Assembly: GCA_963767735.1 (NCBI GenBank)
Contig: CAVYES010000002.1
Coordinates: 64,001-128,000 of the forward strand
DNA from: Candidatus Bathyarchaeota archaeon
GTDB taxonomy: Archaea > Thermoproteota > Bathyarchaeia > Bathyarchaeales > Bathycorpusculaceae
DNA length: 64,000 bases
Reading direction: 5' to 3'
The translations under genes and the position numbers were made by a program. Below, one piece after another: positions 21,834 to 31,702 of this stretch. Below the pieces are notes generated by a model. It was not told the DNA's origin. It did not search any database and worked only from the letters and a program-made list of their open reading frames with translations. Positions within the stretch are counted from its first letter, which is position 1, and the number at the start of each line of letters is the position of its first letter.

Positions 21834-23435
21834 TTTTTGCTTAGCTTTGGCCGTTGCTGGTTGAGACATACTGAGCGTCCAGAATGCTTGCTTTAGTTGT
21901 TCGCCTCGTGTCCAACCGTAGTAGAAGCCTGCTATTCTGCCTGCATATGGAATAACTATTTGATCCAACGCTTTGTATAGGATAGGGTTGTGTAAACGGT
22001 TTTCAAGGAATGTTGGCTTCCAAATTCTAATGTTATATTCCCAGCATTTTATGAAAAAGTCCCAGCGCACTTTGGAGAGCGAATCCATCTCAGCGCCTTT
22101 CTTATTCATAAGCACACAGTTCTCCAGTGGAACAAAAAACAAGGGCACATAGAACGCGTTATAATCTTTTAATTTGTCCATTAATTCAAGAGTTTGCAGT
22201 ACATCTTCCTCTTTCTCGTCTGGAAGGCCGACAATCAATGTTGCCAGCGGATACCAGTCATTATCGTTAAATATGCCAAAAGCGTTCTCGACGACTTCTT
22301 GCCATTGTTCAGGTTTGAAAGGCAACATTTTGCCAGCCATATACTTCTTCATCAATCTTGGGCTACCCGTTTCAATTCCTGTTTCAGCCGTAATTATATC
22401 TTTTTTGTCAAAAGAATACCAGCTGCGCTCAATCAATATTTCTGCAAGTTCCTTCACCATTTGCGGGTTATGGACTGCCGGCGCCAACGACATGTGAGAA
22501 GCTTGAATACTTTTAACGCCTGGATACTGAGCAACGCTTTTTACTAATTTTACGACGGCTTCCTTGTTTGGAACGAATTTTTGATCTTTCGAACCGTATA
22601 AAAACAGGTCTTCGGTAACTAGCGTTATGTGGTCGCTGCCTTCTGCAGTGGATAACGCAACTTCCTTCATGATTTTTTCAAGGGGAACATCTATTTTGTG
22701 CTGCATGGTTGGCGTGCAAAACTGGCAGTTTCTTCCGCAGCCTTTTGAAATCTCGACGGCGCCATGGATTCCGGCATGTTTGGTTATCGGCATTATGGCA
22801 TTGTAATCCCAGTTGCTGATTGATTCATCAGCCTTGACGATGCGTGGAAGAGGTTCGCCGTTTACTGCCTTCTTGAAAACTTGAACTATCGGCTCCGGTC
22901 TTCCGCCGAGCAAGACGCAATCTACACCATAACTGTCAAAGACCTTTTTGCGTTCAAGTTGCCAAGAACCGAATCCGCCAACGATAATTTTTGGCCTAAA
23001 CTTTTTTATGTTTGGGTGAGTGACCAGTTTTTGGAATTCTACTGCGTTCATGGGTTCGCCGCCCCCGATTATCGACGAGTACGTCTTACTTACGTATCCC
23101 ATGCCTGTTGGATCCATTGAAGATATTCCCACTACCTTAGTTTCTGACCCTATGAAGTCTTCAAGGTCGTCAGGGTGAACGACGGCTACATCTTTTTCTG
23201 TGAAGCCGTTTTCCAGCAGTATGGCTTCAACTTTCCTTAAGCCGTAAGGTGCAAACCTTGCCTGACCGTTTGGCTTGCGTTCTACTGGGGGATAAACTGT
23301 TTTTCTCATAAAAGAAAGCGGCAATGGACCCTTACCGAAGCCGGCGAAGAAAGCGATAAAATGATTATTATAAAAATCGCTCATTTCAGTTGATGACGCC
23401 GTAAGAACTATTTTTACGCCCAAACCTGATTCCAA
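21825..23435 (-). CDS. B12-binding-domain radical SAM protein
   Basis: APYGLRKVEA, VVGISSMDP, KIIVGGFG (B12-binding domain); CGRNCQFC cluster motif; GIETGS. Confidence 0.9.
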   Translation of the reverse strand: MESGLGVKIVLTASSTEMSDFYNNHFIAFFAGFGKGPLPLSFMRKTVYPPVERKPNGQARFAPYGLRKVEAILLENGFTEKDVAVVHPDDLEDFIGSETKVVGISSMDPTGMGYVSKTYSSIIGGGEPMNAVEFQKLVTHPNIKKFRPKIIVGGFGSWQLERKKVFDSYGVDCVLLGGRPEPIVQVFKKAVNGEPLPRIVKADESISNWDYNAIMPITKHAGIHGAVEISKGCGRNCQFCTPTMQHKIDVPLEKIMKEVALSTAEGSDHITLVTEDLFLYGSKDQKFVPNKEAVVKLVKSVAQYPGVKSIQASHMSLAPAVHNPQMVKELAEILIERSWYSFDKKDIITAETGIETGSPRLMKKYMAGKMLPFKPEQWQEVVENAFGIFNDNDWYPLATLIVGLPDEKEEDVLQTLELMDKLKDYNAFYVPLFFVPLENCVLMNKKGAEMDSLSKVRWDFFIKCWEYNIRIWKPTFLENRLHNPILYKALDQIVIPYAGRIAGFYYGWTRGEQLKQAFWTLSMSQPATAKAKQKSS

Positions 23436-23627
23436 AGCACTCTCTTCCTTCGAATAGAATAAGAGAATGTTCCGTAGCCCTTTTAAGAATTACTATCGGA
23501 GGCATGTTATTACCGGTAGGTTAGAAGCAAAATTAGTGGCCGTCTAAGCAGCTTGTTTACATAGATGTTAACGTTCAAGTAACTTTATTTTTAGGCTTTT
23601 TGTAGTGTTTAAATTCAAGAGTTTGCA

Positions 23628-24311
23628 CTATTCGTGAAAGCCAAGTATCTTATTGAGCTTATCTAAAGCTCTGTCCGATGCTTCTTTGTCTGGAAACTCA
23701 AGGTCATCTTGCTTTGGTTCGGTGCCAGCAAAAAGGCACAATGCTTCAATGCCCTTACGCTTCGACAAGCCAAATATCAGCCCCGAGAAACCCATGAAGG
23801 GTCCTTTGTACCCTATGTCGATACTGTATTTTTCCTTCATCTCAGAGACTAATTCTTTGCTGGTAGCGGCGCAGCATATTTTCTTGTCTTTTGAACCGTA
23901 ACCTGCAACGACTATTATTTTTTTGACGTGGTTTTCAGCTAAGAAATCTAGAACTTTTATCGAAACTTGATATTGGCCTTCAAAATTTGCGTGATACCCT
24001 TTCGTAATGATTAAAGAAGGAGTGGAACAAGCGTAAAACTGGACTTTAGGAAAGTCTGCTTCACCAGATTCAACAATAACTCCGCCCATGCCAGGCAACA
24101 TTGGATCAGCAGCGTAGGAGGGTTTGGTTTCGTAGATTGAAGGCATATGAATCGAATACAGGTCTGCAATTTTCGTGGCATTTGTTTTGGCTATTAGGCT
24201 GTCCATAACAATTTTGCCTATAGATCTCAACCCGGGCGACCCAACAACAGCGATAGGTTCGATGAGTTCAACATCGCCGCGTCGTTCTATCCACGTTTCC
24301 TTCTGCATCAA
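23628..24311 (-). CDS. PAC2-family proteasome assembly chaperone-like protein
   Basis: AVVGSPGLRSIGKI, GFSGLIFG, ALCLFAGT, PD..AS motifs. Confidence 0.85.
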   Translation of the reverse strand: MMQKETWIERRGDVELIEPIAVVGSPGLRSIGKIVMDSLIAKTNATKIADLYSIHMPSIYETKPSYAADPMLPGMGGVIVESGEADFPKVQFYACSTPSLIITKGYHANFEGQYQVSIKVLDFLAENHVKKIIVVAGYGSKDKKICCAATSKELVSEMKEKYSIDIGYKGPFMGFSGLIFGLSKRKGIEALCLFAGTEPKQDDLEFPDKEASDRALDKLNKILGFHE

Positions 24312-24323
24312 AGCATCCTCAGT

Positions 24324-25109
24324 TCAAGTGACGTAGGCGGGCTTCTTACCTGAACCAGCCATTTCCTCTCGTATCCGCCGCTCAATTTCAACCAATTTCG
24401 CAATTGCCTCATCCATCTGCACCACCTGCTTCTCCATGGGCTCCATATCTACTTTCAAATTCAGCATTGAAGTCAACACTTTCAAAGCCGCCTTCGCTGC
24501 CCGGGGATCTATAACATATTCTCCAGTTGGCGTCTGGTACCCGTGAGTTTCCGCCAGCAAACACACGGCTTCTTTATTTTTCTTTTTGGCGAGACCCGTT
24601 ATTATACCGTTTTCGCCTCCGATGATTCCATTATTCAGAAGTTGGGCGCCATGCGACTTAGCTTCTTCAAGCAAAGCTAATGTTGCTGTAGTACAGAAGA
24701 CGTTGGGGACCTCGAATGGTCTCTCCGTTATGTAGGCCGCAACAGTGTATACTCTTTGTACGCCATTGTTGATTGCCCAATCCAAAACCGCATCCGCAAC
24801 CTCGTATTGGCCCTCAGGTGAAAAAGCTTGTGCGTTGCCGGTGAGGAAAATGATTGTTCGTCCCGATTCATCTTTGAATTGATGGAGTTCGTTTCGAAGA
24901 AGCTCAACAAGTCCGTCTTCACTTATAACGACAAAGGGTGGAAAATACTTTGAGTAGACTTCCCCAACCAGTTCAGCTTTGAGTTGCTGGATAAGGTAGT
25001 CAACTGAAAGTTTTCCAATATAAGCTGTTCCAGGCAATCCGCATACGAGTATTAATTGATTTGGCGTAAACTCCTTTAGCATTTTAATTTCAACACTCAT
25101 AAGATGCAA
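24324..25109 (-). CDS. PAC2-family proteasome assembly chaperone
   Basis: LVCGLPGTAYIGKL, FPPFV, CLLAETHGY, IDPRAAK; C-terminal PAYVT. Confidence 0.9.
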   Translation of the reverse strand: MHLMSVEIKMLKEFTPNQLILVCGLPGTAYIGKLSVDYLIQQLKAELVGEVYSKYFPPFVVISEDGLVELLRNELHQFKDESGRTIIFLTGNAQAFSPEGQYEVADAVLDWAINNGVQRVYTVAAYITERPFEVPNVFCTTATLALLEEAKSHGAQLLNNGIIGGENGIITGLAKKKNKEAVCLLAETHGYQTPTGEYVIDPRAAKAALKVLTSMLNLKVDMEPMEKQVVQMDEAIAKLVEIERRIREEMAGSGKKPAYVT

Positions 25110-25348
25110 ACCAACTTTGATTCAAGATAAGTGGTGACACAAATGAACTTTTTGTTTAAACCTTTGCACACTTGCCTATGATGCCTAAGGTTTTACCCAT
25201 TTTTGTATGTATTCAGATAAACTCCAAGACTTTCTAAAACCTACTTCTTAGGCTTAGCGCTTGTTTCGCCGGCTTTGCAAATTAGCGGAATTTGCTTCTC
25301 AAAAATGCTCAAAAGCCACCCATTAGCTTAGGTGTTTGACGATGTAAA

Positions 25349-25639
25349 ATGATGACTAGCCATCGCTTCGAAGCCTCAGTTAACCTTTTCGTCGATCCGA
25401 GTCAGAAAAAGCAGGTTATAGCCGCCCTCTCAAAGATCGAAAACATCGAGGAGATCTATGATGTCAAAGGGGAATTTGACATCGTTTCCAGAGTTTCGGC
25501 AGCGAGCGTGGAAGAGTTCCGCAATGTCTTGCAAGAAAAAATAAACAAGATCAAAGGCGTCAAAAGCACCGTAACCTCAGTCGTACTCAAAGCCCACAAA
25601 CACCCCAAAGCCGCCCTGAGCAATGCCCACATGCGTTAA
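25349..25639 (+). CDS. Stand-alone Lrp/AsnC ligand-binding (RAM) domain protein
   Basis: IYDVKGEFDIV...KIKGVKSTVTSVV; no HTH. Confidence 0.85.
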   Translation: MMTSHRFEASVNLFVDPSQKKQVIAALSKIENIEEIYDVKGEFDIVSRVSAASVEEFRNVLQEKINKIKGVKSTVTSVVLKAHKHPKAALSNAHMR

Positions 25640-25896
25640 ACGAGAGCCAACCAAGGCCCCAAAACCCATGCCTATAGAGGGAGACTTGCCTGAATTTAGC
25701 CTATCACCAGAATATAGAAAAAATATAAAATAGTGTATAATCTGGGTTAACTATTGTTAGTTTACAATCAAGGTGTAAAAAGACTTGTGCCATTCTCTCT
25801 TGCGCAAACCTGCGCATTTTCGTGAGTTCAGTGTTTTCAGCCATGATGCATCGAAAATACCATTATTCTGGTAGTATCAAAGGTTAGTCGTACCTT

Positions 25897-25960
25897 GCCG
25901 TCTGAGTAACTCTGAACTTTCATCCAATAAAGTCAAGCTAATGCCTTCTCATCATCCGGC
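25897..25960 (-). ncRNA. Candidate C/D-box guide sRNA
   Basis: Minus strand reads GCCG-G-ATGATGA (C), GAAGGCATTAGC (12-nt guide), TTGA (D'), CTTTAT, TGGATGA (C'), AAGTTCAGAGTTACT, CAGA (D variant), CGGC. The termini GCCG/CGGC form a stem and the element is intergenic. Confidence 0.55.
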
Positions 25961-26066
25961 CAGAACAACTTAGTGCAGGCGAGATAAAAGCATATACATC
26001 GAATTAACCGTTAAGGAACCCTTTTATTTTCGCTTAGAAACCTTATTTTATAAGGAGTTATCTAGC

Positions 26067-26639
26067 ATGAATTTTAGTGGTAGTCAAACAGAAAAGAACG
26101 TTCTAGCAGCGTTTGCAGGCGAATCACAAGCACAAACCAGATACACGTTCTTTGCAAGCGTTGCCCGAAAAGAAGGATACGAGCAAATTGGCGGCATTTT
26201 TGATGAGACTTTAGCCAATGAGAAAGAGCATGCGGAACTTTTCTTTAAGCATCTCAAGGGCGGCATGGTTGAAATCAAAGCTTCTTACCCAGCGGGCATA
26301 ATTGGGTCAACCCCCGAAAATCTCAAAGCGGCAGCTGACGGAGAAAAACTCGAGTGGGGTACACTTTACCCTAATTTTGCTGAGGTCGCTGACAAGGAAG
26401 GTTTTTCGGATGTTGCCGACACATTCCGGATGATTGCAAAAGTAGAAGCCTATCATGAAAGAAGATATAATAAACTGCTGGAAAGCGTAAAGCAAGGCAA
26501 AGTTTTCAAGAAGGAACAGACGATTAAATGGAAATGCAGAAACTGCGGTTTTGTCTTTGAGGGAAAAGAAGCACCAGAGAAATGTCCCGTATGCGCTCAT
26601 CCGAGAGCCTATTTTGAAGTTTGGGTTGAAAACTACTAA
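26067..26639 (+). CDS. rbr: Rubrerythrin
   Basis: AFAGESQA, NEKEHA, EAYHE di-iron motifs; C-terminal CRNC...CPVC rubredoxin domain. Confidence 0.97.
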   Translation: MNFSGSQTEKNVLAAFAGESQAQTRYTFFASVARKEGYEQIGGIFDETLANEKEHAELFFKHLKGGMVEIKASYPAGIIGSTPENLKAAADGEKLEWGTLYPNFAEVADKEGFSDVADTFRMIAKVEAYHERRYNKLLESVKQGKVFKKEQTIKWKCRNCGFVFEGKEAPEKCPVCAHPRAYFEVWVENY

Positions 26640-26683
26640 ACCCACATTTTTTTCTTTTAACAAACGTAAAGCGTATACGTGGG

Positions 26684-27190
26684 TTACACGATGTATTTCC
26701 CTGTTTTTTCAAAATCCTTAACAATTTCCATGACGCGTTTCGGAGCATTAAAAGGGCCAAGCGGAACATCTTTAAGCAGAACCCATGGACTTTTGCAAGC
26801 TAACACCGTTGCAATATGTTGTTCTCCGAAGCATTTCTTGGCAACTTGAACCACCATGCGGCGCACCTCAACCTCTGAAAGCTCACCCAGAGCATGCAAG
26901 TACTCGTGCAACAGCAGATTGTAAGTTAAAGCGTTAACTGTTGGCTTGGAGCTAACTGAACTCTCAACAATCTCGACGAGAGAGCGATTCAAAACGATGT
27001 TGTTGGTTCCTACAGGGTAGTAGGCTCCAAGCTGCAAAGGTAAATCATCTAAAAACAGCATCATGCCCTCCCTCTTTTTGCCCTGCGCGAACTCCACTGT
27101 GTCTTTTACTATTTGCCATACTTGACTGTAGTTTTCAGCATTATCGAGACGTGAAGCAAACTGCCCCTCTGACTGTGAATTAGCACTCAA
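26684..27190 (-). CDS. Minimal zincin-like protein (HExxH)
   Basis: LGAYY...IVLNR and LLHEYLHALG motif. Confidence 0.7.
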   Translation of the reverse strand: MSANSQSEGQFASRLDNAENYSQVWQIVKDTVEFAQGKKREGMMLFLDDLPLQLGAYYPVGTNNIVLNRSLVEIVESSVSSKPTVNALTYNLLLHEYLHALGELSEVEVRRMVVQVAKKCFGEQHIATVLACKSPWVLLKDVPLGPFNAPKRVMEIVKDFEKTGKYIV

Positions 27191-27324
27191 AAACTAAGGC
27201 TCACCTTCATGAAAGAGTGAGTGAAAACAAGGCTTTAAGTTTTGCACAAATAGCGGCGCCGCGATAAACAAAAAATTGATAAATGAGGTGTGCTTTTCTC
27301 TTAGACGTTAAGGTGAAATTTGAA

Positions 27325-27747
27325 ATGGCAAGCAATGTTCTCGTGAGAGACATAATGTCGAAAGATGTTAAAACTGTGCGCAATGATACGTCAGTCAAAG
27401 AAGTAATTGCATTAATGAACAAGTTTGATAAAGATGCAATACTTGTTGAGCAAAGCGGAAAACCGACAGGAATCATAACAGTCAAAGACGTTCTGGTGAG
27501 AGCAGTTGAACATGGTGTACCTCTGAGCACAATCATAGCAAGAATGGTCTACACAAACCCGCTGGTGACGATAGGTGAAGAAGCTACCGTTGAAGAAGCA
27601 GCAAATCTGATGAAAGAATGGCGAATCAAGCATCTACCAATCGTTGACAAAAACGGCGCCCTTGTAGGCATGCTAAACGATAGGGACGTAATCTACGCTG
27701 TTCCTTCATTAATGTCAACGATGGAAGAGTTCTGTCGAACAAAATAA
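27325..27747 (+). CDS. CBS-domain pair protein
   Basis: VRDIMSKDV, GIIT, IKHLPIVD..GALVG; GGTGA SD before ATG 27325. Confidence 0.9.
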   Translation: MASNVLVRDIMSKDVKTVRNDTSVKEVIALMNKFDKDAILVEQSGKPTGIITVKDVLVRAVEHGVPLSTIIARMVYTNPLVTIGEEATVEEAANLMKEWRIKHLPIVDKNGALVGMLNDRDVIYAVPSLMSTMEEFCRTK

Positions 27748-27826
27748 GTTCAATCCCAAATAACTCTTTTTTATCCTACAACTTTTGAAACTTTCAAACA
27801 ATTGCACTATATACTTCGTTAACGGT

Positions 27827-28201
27827 TTACTCATGTTCGATAAATGTCTCTTTTGCAGCTTCTTTTTTCATATACTCCCTGAGTTTGTTTGGGGGTATAC
27901 AATTCTTGAGCTTAGGGCAATATTTGTTTGTATGAAAAGATAGAATCTCAGAGAGCGGTTCAATGATTTCTCTGTTTAAAGAGTACAGCTTTTCTTTTCC
28001 TGACCCCTCTGATCGCAAGAAAGCGGAACGCTCCAGTCGTTTAAGGTTGTAGGAGACTGCTGTTTCATCTTGTTCCAGAACTTCTGAAATCCCTGAAATG
28101 TTTTTGGGGCCTTCTCTTAAAACGTCAATTATGGCTAGACACGTTCTATTTGCCAGGGTGGAGAAAAAGATGTAATAAGCTTCATTGGAGAAATTTTCCA
28201 T
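27827..28201 (-). CDS. ArsR/SmtB-family winged-helix regulator
   Basis: FSTLANRTCLAIIDVL...ISEVL...VSYNLKRL; His/Cys C-terminal segment. Confidence 0.85.
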   Translation of the reverse strand: MENFSNEAYYIFFSTLANRTCLAIIDVLREGPKNISGISEVLEQDETAVSYNLKRLERSAFLRSEGSGKEKLYSLNREIIEPLSEILSFHTNKYCPKLKNCIPPNKLREYMKKEAAKETFIEHE

Positions 28202-28429
28202 TTTAATTCACCATGGAGATTATTGTTAACAAAATATGTTTGGGTTGTAGTACTTTAATTTTGCTTAATATTAACGGTAATGTTTTTTCAGGAGGAAAAA
28301 TTGCTTAGGTATAACGAATCAAAATACGTTGAAAAACATTAAGCACGATTCACAAAAAAAAACAATTTCGGGAATTTTCCTTTTTGAAAACAAAAAAAAG
28401 GGAAATATAGTTTTTTGTGTTTGGCGTTT

Positions 28430-31426
28430 TTATGGTCGTTTTCTAAGCATTAACAATGCTAATACGACAGCTACCACGATGATTACAACGAATAGACCAG
28501 CGATTGCAGGTACAAAGTATGTGTTTGCGACAGATGTTGGAGTTGCTGTAGGTGCAGCGGTAGAAGATGCGGCTCCTTGCACGGTCATGTCAGTTTGTGC
28601 GCTTGATCCCCAGTAGCCGTTGGTGCCAGAGAATGTTGCGGTGACGAGGTAGTTGCCTGGAATTGCTGGAGGAGTCCAAGAGTAGTAGTATAAGCCTTTT
28701 TCGTTGGTTGTTGCGGTGCCTAGGGTGATGAAGTTGCCGTTGGGATCAGTAGCTGTCAATGTGACGGTTACGCCTGTGAAGTTGGTGGGTGCTGCTTGCT
28801 GCTGGTAAACGTAGCTCATCCAAGGCGTCATGCTTGCGTCAGATGCGCATGGAACGCCATTTGGAAAGTCAGCTTTTTGTTCTGTCTGCTGTGTGCCTGC
28901 GGAAGTGTCCATCACTGTGCCCTGTATAACTACGTTAGTACCTGCGGTGATAGCGGTTTGTGGTGCCTGTACTGTGGTTGCGCTTGGTCCTCTGCCTGTA
29001 GTGTAAATTTGCATGTCGTAGCCATTGAGGAATGTTGTATAGCCATCTGCGAGAGCAGGGCTGGCTTGACTGCCGAAACATGGAAGTTCCCATATTAGTT
29101 GTCCTGTGGTGGCGTTAACCGCGTATAATAGCGCGCCCTTGTAAATCGGGTCGGTGACGGTGTGCTCATTGGTCATTAGATATACTAATCCGTTACCACT
29201 AATAGGCCCAGAGGCGAATGGATACTCACCGTAAGGAGAGCTCAAGCTCGCAGTGCTGTTGTCAGAGCCTATAGGTCCGTTGCCGTAGGTCCATAATACT
29301 TGTCCAGTTGTATCGCTATAGCAGTAGCATACTCCTCCCATTGAATCAAAGTAATATCTGCCGGCAGCTACTTCACTGAAGTAGGCATAGCCTAATGCAT
29401 AGTATTGGAGTGCAGGTGTCATAGTGGCAGTTGGACCCCATAGTTGAGCGCCTGTTGTTAGACTGTATCCTACAAATTGCATTGTTTCCTCGTAATACAT
29501 AATGAAGGTACGGGTTTGCCAGTCAACTCCTTGGATACTGAGAGTGAGGTTGCCTGCTGGCGGTTGATACGTTTTCGTCCATAGCATCGAACCGATTGCG
29601 CCCGCAGATGCGTTGAGGTTGATATAGAACATTGTGTAGGGAAGTTGCGGCCAGCCTGTGCTAGTTGTCGAGAAACCCGTTGGTAGAGGGCCGTATCTGC
29701 AAAGCATACCATCGCCATAGTCAGCTGCAACTATTGTTATAGGACATGATCCGCCTGCCGCAAAATCACCGACAGCCGTTCCCTGCATTACTCCTGGCAC
29801 TGTTGTCCCTGTGACGGTGCTATAGCTGGGCGGTACAGTCATGGTGTTGAGCCATGGTATCGAAACGTTCCAGTCAAAAGTAGTTCGTGCACCAAGGTTG
29901 TTTGGGTATATAGTTGTGGCGTTAAGAGGGATGAATGCATTATCTGTTATTGTGGAACCGTAGGGGATGAAAACGCTTCCTCCCGTTGGCGTGGTACCTG
30001 TGGTGCCCAAAGTTGTTTGAGGAATGCCTGCAGATGAAACAAGGACCCCGTTGGATGCATTTATAACTGATGGTGACAGACTTCCACCGAAAGTGTATGG
30101 ATTTACATCGTATTGGTATAGGTCGCTTGAGTTCCACTGAGCCAAATACCAGTTCGGATTCGCGGCGGTGCCGTCGTTCATAAAGACGTACTTGATCATT
30201 TCGCTGCTTGGACCCGCTACTGTCGCTGTTGTGAGAGCTACTGCTGGCTGACCGTTTACGGTTTGGCCTGTTTGTGCTGCAAAGCCTGGAACATTAGTAA
30301 CGTTGAACAATTGCGCGCCTGTGAATCCATCCCAAAGCGTCCACATCGAAGGCATACCAGTAAGGCCGCCTCCTGCAGTTGAAACCAGGATTGGCGGAAA
30401 AACTCCGTGCTGTTCACCATTCCAAAGGTTATAGATGTAAGCGAATGATACTGAATGTATAGCATTTGAAGACCAAACAATTTGTCCTGTTTGCAGATTA
30501 ACGCAAACGAATGGTCCAACAGCGCCTCCAGTGAATGATGCTGGTTCATTGAAGTACAGGTATCCGTCCACTATTATCGGATTGGCGAATCTTCCTATGT
30601 AGCAAGAGCCCTCGAAGTAGCCGACTCCCTGAGCATTGGTATACTCGTTTCCTCCAACAATTCCACCTGCTTGAATCGGCAGCGTCCACATGACATGAGC
30701 AGTCACAGAACCTACAGAATCAGCATGGTACACGCCATATACAGAGTAGCTATAGCCTGCTATAGGTGGCATACCTGTGCCTAGCCAGTTTGACGAAATT
30801 GTGTACCAGTTAGTGTTCTCGCCGAATATTGGTCGCGTCCAGAAATCTGTAGGCAAAGGTTCGCTGGTTACAGCGGCAGGTATTGGAGTTGACTGAACAG
30901 TAAGTGTTGTTGATGCGCTGCTGGGTAGATAAGTATCGTTAACCAATATTGAACCGGCGTAGCCGTTGCCGTTCGCTCCGTAGACTTGTCCTGGATAATT
31001 AAAGGTAAAGTTGTAGGTGCCGACCTGGCTAGGAGTGAAGGATGTATACTGATCTGATGTTGGGTCTGCGACGACTGCCCAAGTCTGTGTTGTGACTGCC
31101 CCGTTTGGCGCTGTGATGGTAAGTTTATAGTTGTCGAATCTGTAGTCGTTCGACGTCAATGCTGCGCTGCATGTGTAACCATTCGTGCCAACAACGGCAG
31201 ATGTTCCGCCAGCTGCTCCGTAACAAGGGTTAAGCCAGAAATAAACGGTTATTGTCTGACCGACGCCTATAGTGCTTGGTTCCGCACTAATGTAGGAATA
31301 CGTTGGAATTTGCCATGGAGGTGTATGCGCACTAGCGCTTGGTAATAGTGTCGTTGAAGCTCCTATAGAAATTGTTAAAATTGCTGCAATCAAAATAGCC
31401 AAAGTTTTACCTTTTAGATTTTGCAT
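28430..31426 (-). CDS. Large secreted, membrane-anchored PQQ-binding-like beta-propeller surface protein (paralog 1)
   Basis: Signal peptide; HTPPWQIPTY; repeated xxTGxxxW blade motifs (LQTGQIVW, TTGAQLW, TTGQVLW, ATTGQLIW); Ig-like C-domain; TM helix plus RKRP tail. Confidence 0.85.
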   Translation of the reverse strand: MQNLKGKTLAILIAAILTISIGASTTLLPSASAHTPPWQIPTYSYISAEPSTIGVGQTITVYFWLNPCYGAAGGTSAVVGTNGYTCSAALTSNDYRFDNYKLTITAPNGAVTTQTWAVVADPTSDQYTSFTPSQVGTYNFTFNYPGQVYGANGNGYAGSILVNDTYLPSSASTTLTVQSTPIPAAVTSEPLPTDFWTRPIFGENTNWYTISSNWLGTGMPPIAGYSYSVYGVYHADSVGSVTAHVMWTLPIQAGGIVGGNEYTNAQGVGYFEGSCYIGRFANPIIVDGYLYFNEPASFTGGAVGPFVCVNLQTGQIVWSSNAIHSVSFAYIYNLWNGEQHGVFPPILVSTAGGGLTGMPSMWTLWDGFTGAQLFNVTNVPGFAAQTGQTVNGQPAVALTTATVAGPSSEMIKYVFMNDGTAANPNWYLAQWNSSDLYQYDVNPYTFGGSLSPSVINASNGVLVSSAGIPQTTLGTTGTTPTGGSVFIPYGSTITDNAFIPLNATTIYPNNLGARTTFDWNVSIPWLNTMTVPPSYSTVTGTTVPGVMQGTAVGDFAAGGSCPITIVAADYGDGMLCRYGPLPTGFSTTSTGWPQLPYTMFYINLNASAGAIGSMLWTKTYQPPAGNLTLSIQGVDWQTRTFIMYYEETMQFVGYSLTTGAQLWGPTATMTPALQYYALGYAYFSEVAAGRYYFDSMGGVCYCYSDTTGQVLWTYGNGPIGSDNSTASLSSPYGEYPFASGPISGNGLVYLMTNEHTVTDPIYKGALLYAVNATTGQLIWELPCFGSQASPALADGYTTFLNGYDMQIYTTGRGPSATTVQAPQTAITAGTNVVIQGTVMDTSAGTQQTEQKADFPNGVPCASDASMTPWMSYVYQQQAAPTNFTGVTVTLTATDPNGNFITLGTATTNEKGLYYYSWTPPAIPGNYLVTATFSGTNGYWGSSAQTDMTVQGAASSTAAPTATPTSVANTYFVPAIAGLFVVIIVVAVVLALLMLRKRP

Positions 31427-31451
31427 TTTTCTTTTCCTGCCGTTTTATTTT

Positions 31452-31524
31452 TATTGAGAAAAAGCTCTATGCCCTCTCTCAATAGAGCCTCTGTTTGCTA
31501 TGACCATACTTATAAAACTTTGCA
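31452..31524 (-). promoter_or_regulatory. BRE/TATA promoter plus 5'-leader hairpin of propeller paralog 1
   Basis: TGCAAAGTTTTATAAG (31509-31524) is identical to the one upstream of paralog 2; 14-bp hairpin at 31452-31484. Confidence 0.7.
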
Positions 31525-31702
31525 GAAATAGTGGCATTTATAAGTGTTTTATTACGAAGATTAGTTGAAAATCATAAAGTAACTAATTTATGTAAATTAG
31601 CTCGAAGATAAACTCGTCAATACCCTTTAATTTAACAACAAACTTGATAAGAGATAACTTGGTTGAAATGAGAAAAAAGCAACTGTCTTTAAAAGGGATA
31701 AA

